Assembly: GCA_964437955.1 (NCBI GenBank)
Contig: CAYTIR010000005.1
Coordinates: forward strand, 1,366-65,365
Direction: 5' to 3'
Source: an uncultured Staphylococcaceae bacterium
GTDB lineage: Bacteria; Bacillota; Bacilli; Staphylococcales; Salinicoccaceae
Length of the DNA stretch: 64,000 nt
The stretch's first letter is position 1. Each line of letters opens with the position of its first letter. Below the pieces are notes generated by a model. That model saw nothing but the letters and a program-made list of their open reading frames with translations, had not been told where the DNA came from and searched no databases. The position numbers and the translations under genes were made by a program. This document shows positions 31,495 to 41,602 of this stretch, in pieces.

Positions 31495-32163
31495 TTAAGT
31501 GAGCTGATTGACGATTGCCTGGGCAACATCTTCTGCGGAAGCAGGATTTTGACCGGTGACAAAACTTCTGTCACTGACGACATTGCTTTCCATTTCAGAA
31601 CCGGCAACGAAACCGGCACCGTGGGATTCCAATTTAGTCTGCAATGCAAATGGCATATCATCCATGAGGTTCATGGATTTTTCTTCGGCGTTTGTAAATC
31701 CGGTGATTTTAACGCCATCTACAAGATAGCTGCCGTCTTTTGTTTTGGCATCGACGAATGCAGCAGGACCATGGCAGACTGCACCGATGATTCTTCCCTC
31801 ATCTTTATAATACGCCATGATATTCTGTATTTCCGGGTTGCCTGGAAAGTCATACATTGCACCGTGTCCGCCTGCAAAGAAAATTGCATCGTATCCTTCG
31901 TAAACGACATCTTTCAGACTCTGTGTGTTTTGGAGCAGCTTGATGAAATCATTGGATTTCTCATCATCCGGTCCGTCTGAAAGGGAAGCGGGATCAATAG
32001 GAACTTCGCCGCCCTTTGGTGAAACAACATCCGCCTTCAAGCCTGCGCCCTGGAATATTTGATATGGCTCGGCTGCTTCACTCAACCATAGTCCTGTCGG
32101 CCTGTCTTTGTCGTTATTGATGGTTCCATGATTTGTTGCAACAATAAGTACAGATTTGCTCAT
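31495..32163 (-). CDS. DJ-1/PfpI-family (class I glutamine amidotransferase-like) protein
   Basis: GYDAIFFAGGHG ... AVCHGPAAF nucleophile elbow. Confidence 0.8.
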   Translation of the reverse strand: MSKSVLIVATNHGTINNDKDRPTGLWLSEAAEPYQIFQGAGLKADVVSPKGGEVPIDPASLSDGPDDEKSNDFIKLLQNTQSLKDVVYEGYDAIFFAGGHGAMYDFPGNPEIQNIMAYYKDEGRIIGAVCHGPAAFVDAKTKDGSYLVDGVKITGFTNAEEKSMNLMDDMPFALQTKLESHGAGFVAGSEMESNVVSDRSFVTGQNPASAEDVAQAIVNQLT

Positions 32164-32278
32164 AATGATATCAACTCTCCTTTACATCTGTTTACCCATA
32201 AGAGGTGTAAATTAATCTCATCAAAGGTACAATAAAAATATATAACTGATAAATTTCATTTAAATAGGAGTGGGCCGA

Positions 32279-33076
32279 ATGAAAAAAGTGGATTTTGGAA
32301 ATGTGGCGAAAGAATACTTGAAGTACAGAGACGATATCCCTGAAAGTCTAATAAAGGGATTGGAAAAAAGGGGCATTGTCATCAGCGGAAGCAAAATAGC
32401 GGATCTTGGGGCGGGGCCCGGACTGCTTAGTAAGATGCTGAGCGATCATGGGGCAATTGTAGATGCGGTGGAGCCGTCAGAAAAATTGATTGAGGTCGGC
32501 AAGAAGTTCGTGGGGGATGACCCCCGCATCAATTTTACCCAGAAGCCGGCAGAGGATACCGGTCTGAAAGAGAACACTTATGATATTATTACGGTTATGC
32601 GAGCATGGCACTGGTTCGATACTGATGATGCAATCAAGGAAATCAAACGTATTCTAAAACCGGGCGGCCATCTTATCATCATGGACTCAGGATTCACTTC
32701 CGGAGTCAAAGTGGTGAAGAAATCCATGAAAATCATCAAGAACAATGCAAGTGATAAACAACTCAAGGCAGCCGGAGCCAAAGAGGATGCTACACAAATG
32801 ATCAACAGTTTCCCGGTCGAATGGTTCGATGAATGGAAGTACTCCCGGTTTGACCTGCTTGATCTGTACAAGAAGGATTATGATGTGACTTTCACGAATG
32901 AAGAATGGCTGGGCCGCCTCGCTACAGTTTCATGGCTTGCCGCATTTAAGGAGAAGAAACGTAAAAGGACCCTGGATGAGATAAAGGAATATTTGGATAC
33001 AGAAGTGTCAAAAGACAGCCACAAGGTTCCGCACGTGCTCAGCGTAGCTATTTTGCAGAACAAAAATAAAAAATAA
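32279..33076 (+). CDS. class I SAM-dependent methyltransferase
   Basis: IADLGAGPGLLS motif I and LKPGGHLIIMD. TAGGAG RBS before the ATG at 32279. Confidence 0.8.
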   Translation: MKKVDFGNVAKEYLKYRDDIPESLIKGLEKRGIVISGSKIADLGAGPGLLSKMLSDHGAIVDAVEPSEKLIEVGKKFVGDDPRINFTQKPAEDTGLKENTYDIITVMRAWHWFDTDDAIKEIKRILKPGGHLIIMDSGFTSGVKVVKKSMKIIKNNASDKQLKAAGAKEDATQMINSFPVEWFDEWKYSRFDLLDLYKKDYDVTFTNEEWLGRLATVSWLAAFKEKKRKRTLDEIKEYLDTEVSKDSHKVPHVLSVAILQNKNKK

Positions 33077-33193
33077 AAATCAGTCTAAAGTACTGTTATC
33101 ATATATTCTCCTGACAAACCATGTACAATCAACTTACTTTTTGTTATCATATAACTTGTGATCAAATGAAGAGAATTTTGGAGGAACATACAC

Positions 33194-33832
33194 ATGACTA
33201 ACGTACTCGTAGTAAAAGCGAACAACCGTCCTGACGGGATTTCAACTAAAATGTATGATGCATACATGGAAACGATAAAAGAAAGCGACAATTTGAATGT
33301 CGAAGTATACGATACTTTCGTTGAAGATATGCCTTACATCGGCCAGGAGCTTTTCAGCGCCTTTGGCAAGATTCAAAATGACGAAGTATTGGATGAGGAT
33401 GAACAGCATCTCATGGATGCGAAACAAAAAGCGATGGATGCTTTTGAAAAAGCGGATGTACTTGTTTTTGCCTTCCCGCTGTGGAATCTGACAATCCCTG
33501 CACGTCTGCAGACATTCATCGATTATGTATATGCTGCAGGATTCACTTTTAAATACAATGCAGATGGTTCAATGGCACAACTCATGACTGATAAAAAAGT
33601 AGTACTGCTGAATGCACGCGGCGGTGTCTACAGTGTCCCTGAGGCACAAGGTATGGAGATGTCCACGAACTACATGAAAAATGTATTCGGCGGTGTGTTC
33701 GGTATGGATATCATGGATGAAATCATCATTGAAGGCCATAATGCAATGCCGCAGGATGCTGCAAGAATCATCGAAGAAGGTCTGGAAAATGTCCGTGAAT
33801 CAGCAAGGGAATTGAATACGCAATTTGCGTAA
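33194..33832 (+). CDS. azoR: FMN-dependent NADH-azoreductase
   Basis: VLVVKANNRP...S....Y..E....ADVLVFAFPLWNLTIPARLQTFIDYV. Confidence 0.8.
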   Translation: MTNVLVVKANNRPDGISTKMYDAYMETIKESDNLNVEVYDTFVEDMPYIGQELFSAFGKIQNDEVLDEDEQHLMDAKQKAMDAFEKADVLVFAFPLWNLTIPARLQTFIDYVYAAGFTFKYNADGSMAQLMTDKKVVLLNARGGVYSVPEAQGMEMSTNYMKNVFGGVFGMDIMDEIIIEGHNAMPQDAARIIEEGLENVRESARELNTQFA

Positions 33833-33937
33833 AAAGTATCATATGATCAGAATTGGTTTGAAAAGAGCCCGGTACAGTGATGTGCCGGGTCTTTTTATGC
33901 TAATATTCATATAATAGGATTCAGACGGAGGGATATT

Positions 33938-34372
33938 ATGTGGCATACGAATAACTTTGAAAACCTTGATTTACATACACTCGAGGAAATTTACATGTTG
34001 AGGGTCTCAGTATTCATAGTGGAGCAGGAATGTGCCTACCAGGAAATAGACGGTAAAGACTCTGATGCTATCCATATCTACAAAAAGGATGAAACCGGCA
34101 TCATCGCCTATTTGAGAATCATCAATGGATCCCCTGTTTCAATTGGACGTGTCATCGTACGTGAAGACAGAAGGGGAACGGGTCTTGGGCGTGAGCTGAT
34201 GGATCAGGCAATGTCATATGTGGACCGCCATCATGCCGGGGAACTGATATATCTTCATGGCCAGGCCCACCTCGAGAAATATTATCATTCATTCGGTTTC
34301 AGGACGGTATCGGAAATGCACCTGGAAGATGATATCCCGCATTATCATATGGAATACAGGAAAGAGGAGTGA
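33938..34372 (+). CDS. GNAT acetyltransferase, ElaA-like
   Basis: LHTLEEIYMLRVSVFIVEQECAYQEIDGKD and RGTGLGRELM motifs. Confidence 0.75.
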   Translation: MWHTNNFENLDLHTLEEIYMLRVSVFIVEQECAYQEIDGKDSDAIHIYKKDETGIIAYLRIINGSPVSIGRVIVREDRRGTGLGRELMDQAMSYVDRHHAGELIYLHGQAHLEKYYHSFGFRTVSEMHLEDDIPHYHMEYRKEE

Positions 34373-34379
34373 AGGTTCT

Positions 34380-34661
34380 TCATTCCTCTTTTTCCGTCTT
34401 TGTTTCTTCAATGAGCCAGGGGCTGTTTTTATCCGTTTGTTTAGACTCCAGTAATTTCGCATTCTCTTCTTTGATCCGCTCAAGCTCGGATTTCATATGC
34501 TGATTTTCAAGCAGGAAATTTTCCTGTTTCAGCCGTTCGAGCTCAAGTTGCTTGTCTATGGCATCCAGTTTCATCTTTTCCATTTTTCTCTGATGTTTTA
34601 AAAGTTCGCTTCCAAATCCGCCGATTACAGAGATAAGTACTATTCCCAGAATCCACATCAT
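34380..34661 (-). CDS. membrane-anchored coiled-coil protein, unknown function
   Basis: MMWILGIVLISVIGGFG TM helix followed by a heptad-rich KQLELERLKQENFLLENQHMKSELERIKEEN. GGGAGGTG RBS. Confidence 0.5.
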   Translation of the reverse strand: MMWILGIVLISVIGGFGSELLKHQRKMEKMKLDAIDKQLELERLKQENFLLENQHMKSELERIKEENAKLLESKQTDKNSPWLIEETKTEKEE

Positions 34662-34961
34662 AAAACAAACACCTCCCATCCAGTGTGAAATCGTCAATTT
34701 CATTCTATCACTTTATCACTTTAAAGAGTAAAAAGTTTTAAGTTTACAAGTAAACTATTATTGGAGCTGAAAATATTATATGCAAAATAAAAACAAGAAA
34801 ACGATAACAAAATGCATAATCATGCAAGAGAAAGTATTTAAAATCTAAACTAATTTATATGATGAAATTTTAATTCTAAAATTACATAATAATAATGAAT
34901 TATTTAAAAATTATCAATATATTTACTTTGGTAAAACATTCACATAATCATTGATGAAACA

Positions 34962-34970
34962 CTGATATAA
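34962..34970 (+). promoter_or_regulatory. extended -10 promoter element
   Basis: TGaTATAAT inside a strongly AT-rich intergenic region, about 80 nt upstream of the 49-aa ORF. Confidence 0.45.
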
Positions 34971-35048
34971 TGGTATTATGTAAATACATAGAAAAAGCAA
35001 TAATAAAATTTATATAAATAAAAATTACAAACTCTAGGAGGAAATTAA

Positions 35049-35198
35049 ATGTTTTCAACTGACCGTATTTCTGCAGATCTTCGTATGGAAGAGTACAAAA
35101 AAATAGCTGAGAGCTACAGCCACATTTCACAAAGCAAGAAGGATGTAAAAGCAAAAAATTCATTCTTTGGTAAAATCATCAACAGATTTGGTGCATAA
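35049..35198 (+). CDS. 49-aa hydrophilic small protein (below the ORF-track cutoff)
   Basis: MFSTDRISADLRMEEYKKIAESYSHISQSKKDVKAKNSFFGKIINRFGA. Perfect AGGAGG RBS 7 nt upstream and a strong terminator immediately downstream. Confidence 0.6.
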   Translation: MFSTDRISADLRMEEYKKIAESYSHISQSKKDVKAKNSFFGKIINRFGA

Positions 35199-35202
35199 TT
35201 AG

Positions 35203-35245
35203 AAAGTGCCGTCCCTGATCAGAAGAGGGACGGCACTTTTTTATT
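35203..35245. terminator. bidirectional terminator
   Basis: aaagtgccgtccct gatcagaag agggacggcactttttt. Confidence 0.85.
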
Positions 35246-35636
35246 AGGAAAGGTTCAATTGCCATGAAACACCGAACTGGTCCTGTACCCATGCAAAGCT
35301 GTCGGAGAAGCCATAATCATCCATCGGCATGAGGATGGCACCTTTTTTCTTGAGCTTCTTGTAGTACCGGTCAATTTCCGGCTGCGAGTTGCATTCGATA
35401 AAGAAGGACATGCTGGGTGTGAATGAAAACTCGTGTGGTACATTACTGTCATTCATCATAATCATCTGATCATGGATGCGAATGACTCCCTGCATGATTT
35501 TTCCCTCCATTTCCGGAGTATCAGCCTCATATTTCTTCACATAGCGGATTTCCGCATCTTCAAAAGTCTCCATATAATAGTCCATAGCTTCCTCTGCACG
35601 ACCTTCGAACATCAGGAAGGGTGTCATTGACCTCAT
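35244..35636 (-). CDS. VOC-superfamily protein (PhnB / 3-demethylubiquinone-9 3-methyltransferase-domain-like)
   Basis: TPFLMFEGRAEEAMDYY...FG..WQL pattern. 130 aa. Confidence 0.7.
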   Translation of the reverse strand: MRSMTPFLMFEGRAEEAMDYYMETFEDAEIRYVKKYEADTPEMEGKIMQGVIRIHDQMIMMNDSNVPHEFSFTPSMSFFIECNSQPEIDRYYKKLKKKGAILMPMDDYGFSDSFAWVQDQFGVSWQLNLS

Positions 35637-35701
35637 ATTTTAAACCACCTTATTTTTACTATTTCAGTCTGATTATAACAGAGTTGAAATAGGGAAAGTA
35701 T

Positions 35702-35743
35702 AAAAAATACCGCACCCATGATTTTTCAGGGTGCGGTATTTTT
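35702..35743 (-). terminator. terminator of the cystine transporter gene
   Basis: aaaaataccgcaccc ... gggtgcggtattttt. Confidence 0.8.
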
Positions 35744-35750
35744 AGTTGGA

Positions 35751-37142
35751 TCAGACTTCAGCAGTCAGTTCGTCCAGGTTATCTGAATTGTATATATCCT
35801 TATCGATCTGACCGTTGGTTTTGGCAGTGACCGTGCCGGACAGCATCGAACCGCTGACATTCACGGCAGTACGTCCCATATCAATGAGGGGTTCTATGGA
35901 AATCAGTACCGCTGCCAATGCGATTGGCAGGTTCATTGTTGAGAGTACGACGATGGCAGCAAAGGTTGCCCCCCCGCCGACACCTGCTATACCGAGTGAT
36001 GCTATGACAGTGACGGCAATCAGTGTAATGATGAATGTGGCATTGATCTCAATGCCGGCTGCCGGTGCAATCATGATGCCGAGCATCGCAGGATAGATAC
36101 CGGCACATCCATTCTGCCCGATGGACAGTCCGAAACTTCCGGAGAAGTTTGCGATGCTTGATGGGACACCAAGCCGGACTTGTTGAGTCTGGATATTAAG
36201 CGGCAGTGTGCCTGCACTGGAACGTGAAGTGAAGGCGAACAGTAATGCTTCGGATGTTTTCTTGAAATACTGGACCGGATTGAGGCCGGTCAGAGCGACG
36301 ATGACGAGATGGATCAGATACATCGCAAACAGGGCAGCATATGAAGCGACTACGAATAATCCAAGGTCATATATTGCCTGGAAATCGGATGTGGCAACAG
36401 TTTTGGACATGATTGCCAAGATTCCGTAAGGCGTCAGCGCAAGGATGATTTTTACAAGCTGCATGACCCATTCGTTGACGGCCACAATGCCTGATCTTAT
36501 CTTTTCCCCCGCTTCCGGGTTGCTCTTAATCAGACGGACCAGGCTGAGTCCCATGAATACCGCGAAAAATACAACTGCGATTGTTGAGGTTGCACGTTCA
36601 CCGGTAAAATCAAGGAACGGGTTGGCCGGCAGCAGGGAGACGAGCTGCTGCGGCAGGGTCTGTCCCTCGACTTCCTCCGCACTTGTCTGAAGGGATGCGG
36701 CCCTTTCATTCTCTGCTTCCCCCAGGTTGAGGCTGGAAGCATCCAGATTGAAAAGCAGTGCGGCAGTGATTCCGATTGTTGCAGCGATTGCGGTAGTACC
36801 AAGAAGGATGGCAATGATTTTGACGCCGGACTTCAGGAATTTCTCCTTCATGTCCATCTTAGCAAATGCGCCAAGGATGGATATGAACACAAGTGGCATG
36901 ACAATCATCTGCAGCAGGCGGACAAATCCGGAACCGACAATCGACATCCAATCCGTCGTTGTCGTAAGGATGGAACTTTCCACACCGTATATGAGCTGAA
37001 GTGCAGCACCGAAGACGAGACCGATAAGCAGTCCGATCATGACACGGTATGAAAATTTGACTTCTCGCTTTTTCAGGAGCATGAGTGCCCCGATCAATGC
37101 GAGAAAGACGATAAGGTTGATGATGATAAGCAGAATATCCAT
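35751..37142 (-). CDS. tcyP: L-cystine/sodium:dicarboxylate symporter family transporter (TcyP-like)
   Basis: 463 aa DAACS protein with the long extracellular insertion typical of TcyP. The symbol is tentative. Confidence 0.65.
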   Translation of the reverse strand: MDILLIIINLIVFLALIGALMLLKKREVKFSYRVMIGLLIGLVFGAALQLIYGVESSILTTTTDWMSIVGSGFVRLLQMIVMPLVFISILGAFAKMDMKEKFLKSGVKIIAILLGTTAIAATIGITAALLFNLDASSLNLGEAENERAASLQTSAEEVEGQTLPQQLVSLLPANPFLDFTGERATSTIAVVFFAVFMGLSLVRLIKSNPEAGEKIRSGIVAVNEWVMQLVKIILALTPYGILAIMSKTVATSDFQAIYDLGLFVVASYAALFAMYLIHLVIVALTGLNPVQYFKKTSEALLFAFTSRSSAGTLPLNIQTQQVRLGVPSSIANFSGSFGLSIGQNGCAGIYPAMLGIMIAPAAGIEINATFIITLIAVTVIASLGIAGVGGGATFAAIVVLSTMNLPIALAAVLISIEPLIDMGRTAVNVSGSMLSGTVTAKTNGQIDKDIYNSDNLDELTAEV

Positions 37143-37239
37143 AATTTACTCCTCTATATTTTTAATCAAAGTAGAGTAATTATATAGGATATATTCCTAC
37201 TTGTAAACAAGGTATTGAGAAGTCTCAATTTTCTTGAAG

Positions 37240-39306
37240 TTATTCAATGATGTAGAGATGTCTCGTCGCCCGGGAAGCGAGGACGTACATGATATGATTC
37301 TCATCTTCGTAATTTCCTGCATCAGTCAGGATGACAGTATTATATTCAAATCCTTTTGACAGGTAATAGGGCAGGATGATGAATGACTGATTATACAATG
37401 TATCCTTTTCATGCAGGTTTCTGAACTGCGGGAACTCATCCTCCAGCTGGCTGTGGAGTGCATCGGCATCTGCCTTGGTAGGTGTAATGATTGCTACCTG
37501 GGGCCGGTCTTCAGAGTTCAGTATTTCTCTGATTTTTTCAGTTTGGTCGTCCGCAGTGATTTTCTGTACCGCTTCCCCGTCGACGGAGACGGACTGGATG
37601 GAATCCGGGACGAGACTGTTGAGAAAGGCATTGATCTGGTTTGTTGAACGGTATGAACGGACCAGGTCCTTCTGCACATGTTTCTTCGCGACCAGTGGAT
37701 CTTTCTCAACGGGATGGATCTGCTGGTTGGGGTCCCCAAGACTCGTGAATGATGCTTTTCTGTAGTAATGGCGCATGACATAATACTGCAAGTTGGAGTA
37801 GTCCTGCACTTCATCGATCAGCACATGCTGGATGGTACGGTCATAGGCACCGAGCAGATGGATATAGATGTAGAGCATAGGTGCAATATCTTCATATTTA
37901 AAATCATTCTCTTTGATGGAACGGATGGTTTTATTCCTGAACCGTCTGTCTGCAATCGAATTGATATACAGCTTTTCAATATGAATGAACCTGAAAAGCA
38001 TGATCTGCCTGTGCGCCTGCTTCAGCTGATCCTTTGCATGGGCGTGTGCCTGCTCCTTCAGCTGATGTTTTTCACCTATATATTTATTCTGGCTGTTCAG
38101 TTCCTTGAATTTTGCTTCTTTGAGCTCCTCGATGCGTGTGCTGTACATGGAAAGGAGTCGCTCTCTCATCTTCAACAGACGTTTATTCGGAGTGTGGTGG
38201 CCGAGTTCTTTATAGAACAGATCGTTCAGTTTCTCCTTGGATATAAAGATGCCGTCCTTGTCTTTCAGGTCTCTGAATTCCATGCCGCCCCCGGCAAGAG
38301 AGTCTAAAAACTGATGAAGGGTCCTGAAATATTCCAATGAAGATTTGAACCTATATATTTCATGGGAAGCTGTGTCTTCGCGCAGCCGTCTTATATTTTC
38401 ATATACCGTTTCAAAGCGGCGTGCCTTGAAATAGGGGAACTGTCCGATCAGCCGATAGAAGGTAGTGTTCTTGACATGATTTTCACCGAGCTCCGGCAAG
38501 ACGTCAGATAAATAGTCATTGAACACCTCGTTCGGAGAAACGAGCAGTATGTTTTCCGGCTTCAGCGTCTCCTTGTGCTGATAGAGTAAAAATGCAATCC
38601 GCTGCAGTGCAAGTGATGTTTTACCGCTGCCCGGAGGACCGTAAACAAGAGTATCCTGCTTGAGCGGCTGTCGGATGACTTCATTTTGTTCCTGCTGGAT
38701 TGTCGAAACGATGTTCTTCAGTTTCGACTGGGAGGAATCCGTGATCATATTCTGAAGCACTTCATCACCGATGTATACGTCGCTGTCGAACATCTTCTGC
38801 AATTGGCCGTCTTCAACAATAAATTGCCTTCTGCCTGAAACGGAGGCGTCAATGCGGCTGCCGTCCGGAATCGTGTAGGAGAGGTCGCCGGTATCATTCT
38901 CATAGAACAGGCTGGCAACAGGTGTCCGCCAGTCGTATATGACGATGTCGTTGTCATTATTCTTAATCGTGCCGGTACCTATATATATTTCTTCTCCATC
39001 CACGATGATTTTCCCGAAATATGGTTTTGGTATCATGCGTTTCGTCCTTTTGTACATGGTGTCGATGAAGTTGAAGTTCACTTCCGATGTACGGAGCTCA
39101 GGCAGCATCTGGATGAATTCGTAAATATTCCCCGATTCAAAGTCAGCATCGATGGTTGCGATTTCTTCATTGATTGCCTCGCGGTTCGAGCGGATGCCCT
39201 GTTTGACATTATCCAGTTCGATGGAAAGCTGGGCGTTGTACGCTTTCAGGAAATCGACGGTCAGCGTCAGATGCTGTTTTTCTTCTTCTAATGATAAGTG
39301 TGGCAA
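37240..39306 (-). CDS. helD: HelD-type UvrD-like helicase (RNA polymerase recycling ATPase)
   Basis: N-terminal coiled coil, PYFGKI....IYIG...DWRTPVASLFY, Walker A GPPGSGKTS, DEVQD. TTG start after a GGGGGA RBS; the upstream ORF extension is rejected. Confidence 0.8.
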   Translation of the reverse strand: MPHLSLEEEKQHLTLTVDFLKAYNAQLSIELDNVKQGIRSNREAINEEIATIDADFESGNIYEFIQMLPELRTSEVNFNFIDTMYKRTKRMIPKPYFGKIIVDGEEIYIGTGTIKNNDNDIVIYDWRTPVASLFYENDTGDLSYTIPDGSRIDASVSGRRQFIVEDGQLQKMFDSDVYIGDEVLQNMITDSSQSKLKNIVSTIQQEQNEVIRQPLKQDTLVYGPPGSGKTSLALQRIAFLLYQHKETLKPENILLVSPNEVFNDYLSDVLPELGENHVKNTTFYRLIGQFPYFKARRFETVYENIRRLREDTASHEIYRFKSSLEYFRTLHQFLDSLAGGGMEFRDLKDKDGIFISKEKLNDLFYKELGHHTPNKRLLKMRERLLSMYSTRIEELKEAKFKELNSQNKYIGEKHQLKEQAHAHAKDQLKQAHRQIMLFRFIHIEKLYINSIADRRFRNKTIRSIKENDFKYEDIAPMLYIYIHLLGAYDRTIQHVLIDEVQDYSNLQYYVMRHYYRKASFTSLGDPNQQIHPVEKDPLVAKKHVQKDLVRSYRSTNQINAFLNSLVPDSIQSVSVDGEAVQKITADDQTEKIREILNSEDRPQVAIITPTKADADALHSQLEDEFPQFRNLHEKDTLYNQSFIILPYYLSKGFEYNTVILTDAGNYEDENHIMYVLASRATRHLYIIE

Positions 39307-39442
39307 ATGCTTATCCCCCTTTTTGGTCGAAAATATATCATATATGGTTTTAAGCTTTAATAACAGTCTTAAATTACTTTTTCGCATGTGATATAATGGA
39401 ATTGTGAAATTTATAGACTAAATTATTAAAGGAACAGGTGCT

Positions 39443-39853
39443 ATGGGCAAATATCTAATTTCCGGTCTTATCAGCGGCACGATAGCGGGCTTGCTTTTAC
39501 TCAGTGCATTTTCATACGTCCAGTTATCCACTGATATAGAACTGATGGATTTACTGCTCAATTTGGATTTCATTAGCACTGAGGAGCCGAATATTGTAGT
39601 ACAAATACTGCTGCATATGCTGGTCTCCATTGTGATAGCAACCATTCTGAAATGGTTTTACGTAAACCAGAGTAGATTATATATGCCGGTGATGGTGGTT
39701 ATCTGGATCATTATTACTGTATTGTATTTCATTTTATCAAATTCTGCAGAAGAGCCAATGGAACTACAGAGCTACATTGGATGGACATTGTGGTCGATCT
39801 TCCATATCGGCTATCTCGAACTGGTGCATGTCTGCAACAAATTGAATATTTAA
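39443..39853 (+). CDS. hypothetical 4-TM membrane protein
   Basis: 136 aa, hydrophobic, with its own terminator at 39856-39887. Confidence 0.5.
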   Translation: MGKYLISGLISGTIAGLLLLSAFSYVQLSTDIELMDLLLNLDFISTEEPNIVVQILLHMLVSIVIATILKWFYVNQSRLYMPVMVVIWIIITVLYFILSNSAEEPMELQSYIGWTLWSIFHIGYLELVHVCNKLNI

Positions 39854-39958
39854 ACGAAGCACGGGACCCTGTCCTGTGCTTTTTTTCGTCAATAAAGTTA
39901 ACCGTCCCTTTCACGGGTATACATAGAGTATATGAATGATCCGGAGGGGTGATATGGA

Positions 39959-41458
39959 GTGAATATGGAAGAAGGCAGGGCTCTGCTTGAAAAAGTGATG
40001 GAAGTCCGTCAGTGTGTCATAGAAGAAGGCGACAGGCTGTATGACAGATGGAATGAAACACCAATAAGGGATGCGTACGAAGACAGTGCGCGTAATCTGG
40101 CCTACTATATGGCTTTTCGAAAGAGGGATTTAAGGGAACTGCAGGAACGGCTCATTCCGTGGGGTGTCTCCTCGCTGGGCAGACTGGAAGCGGATGTTCT
40201 GGGGACATTGAATGCTGTGACTAAAACACTCGGCAGCATTACCGGAGAGGATGTCGGCGGGATCGACTACCGTTCATCTGCGACTTTCCGTGAGCGGAAT
40301 GAAGCACTTAAAAATAATGCGGAGAAGATGTTTGGGGAAAACCGGCATGACAGGGGTGAGCGCATCCTCGTCACAATGCCGACAGAAGCAGGGACGGACT
40401 ATGCACTCGTTGAGTCCCTGGTTGGAGCCGGGATGAATATGGCCCGGATTAACTGTGCCCATGATGATCCGGAGACGTGGGAAGCGATGATTGAAAATAT
40501 CAGGGAATCGGAAAAGAAAACCGGGCACACGTGCAGAGTGCTCATGGATATCAGCGGTCCCAAGATCCGGGCGAAAATGCTGCTGACGACGAAACGGAAT
40601 CCGAAAGTGAAGGAAGGGGAGCGCTTCCTGATTTCCAATAAACAATCCATGACGCTGCCGAAAGGGATTGAGATCGCTCTGAATACATCGGTGCCGGAAG
40701 TGCTCGATAAGATCAAGACCGGCCAGACGATAAAACTCGATGACGGTCATATCGAAGCTGAAGTGACGGAAACAAGCGGTGATGGTGTCCTGTGTGAAGT
40801 GACGCGGACCGTTAAGGAAAATGGTGTCAGAATGAAGACGGAAAAGGGCATCAATATTCCGGAGGTGGACTATAAACTGCCTGTATTGACTGCGCAGGAC
40901 TATAAAGATCTGGATTTTGCAGTTCATCATGCAGATGTGATTGCATTCTCATTCATCAAAGACAAACAGGATATAGATCTGATAGAAGAAGCCCTGACAG
41001 AGAAATTGCCGGACGATAGGAAAGATATACCGACGATCGCAAAGATTGAAACGACCGAAGGGATGACCAACCTGCCTGATATCATTCAGCGCGCCGCCGG
41101 CATACGACAGTTCGGTGTGATGCTGGCACGCGGGGATCTGGCTGTGGAGACAGGGTATGAACGGTTGAGTGAAGTGCAGGAAGAACTGCTTTGGATATGT
41201 GAAGCGGCCCACATCCCGGTCATCTGGGCGACACAGGTGGTGGAATCACTGGTTAAGACGGGCATCCCGACACGCTCGGAAATCTCCGACGTCGTTGCCG
41301 GTTCCCGGGCGGAATGCATCATGCTGAACAAAGGGGACTACATCGTCGATGGAGTCGAGGTTGTTTCCGACATCCTCAAGAAATTCGAAGTGCATCAGTA
41401 TAAAAAGACATCGATGCTGAGGTCTCTCGGTATAGCGAGGGAGGCATTTGAAGAATAG
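39959..41458 (+). CDS. pyruvate kinase-like protein with about 130-aa N-terminal extension and no C-terminal regulatory domain
   Basis: PK-barrel motifs MNMARINCAHD, MDISGPKIR, IAKIET, MLARGDLAVE, PVIWATQVVESL. The canonical MLSGETA is replaced by MLNKGDY. Start is 39959 or 39965. Confidence 0.7.
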   Translation: MNMEEGRALLEKVMEVRQCVIEEGDRLYDRWNETPIRDAYEDSARNLAYYMAFRKRDLRELQERLIPWGVSSLGRLEADVLGTLNAVTKTLGSITGEDVGGIDYRSSATFRERNEALKNNAEKMFGENRHDRGERILVTMPTEAGTDYALVESLVGAGMNMARINCAHDDPETWEAMIENIRESEKKTGHTCRVLMDISGPKIRAKMLLTTKRNPKVKEGERFLISNKQSMTLPKGIEIALNTSVPEVLDKIKTGQTIKLDDGHIEAEVTETSGDGVLCEVTRTVKENGVRMKTEKGINIPEVDYKLPVLTAQDYKDLDFAVHHADVIAFSFIKDKQDIDLIEEALTEKLPDDRKDIPTIAKIETTEGMTNLPDIIQRAAGIRQFGVMLARGDLAVETGYERLSEVQEELLWICEAAHIPVIWATQVVESLVKTGIPTRSEISDVVAGSRAECIMLNKGDYIVDGVEVVSDILKKFEVHQYKKTSMLRSLGIAREAFEE

Positions 41459-41467
41459 CTTTTCAAT

Positions 41468-41495
41468 GAGCCTGGCATGACAGGCTTATTTTTTT
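41468..41495 (+). terminator. terminator after the PK-like gene
   Basis: gagcctg gcatga caggctt followed by attttttt. Confidence 0.75.
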
Positions 41496-41602
41496 GTGTA
41501 CATTTATTCTGAAAACTCTTCCATTTCAGAATAGTTCTTTATTTATCCGGCGTTTGGCTGTATAATAACCTAATCTACTTAGTAAAGAAGGAGTGAAAAA
41601 TC

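Noticed and set aside
40274-40930. 218-aa antisense ORF inside the PK-like gene; similar cases at 41674-42291, 42377-43039, 14751-15287 and 8147-8596
   Set aside because: All lie opposite genes with clear family motifs. They lack RBS and show low-complexity or Arg/Cys-rich translations.
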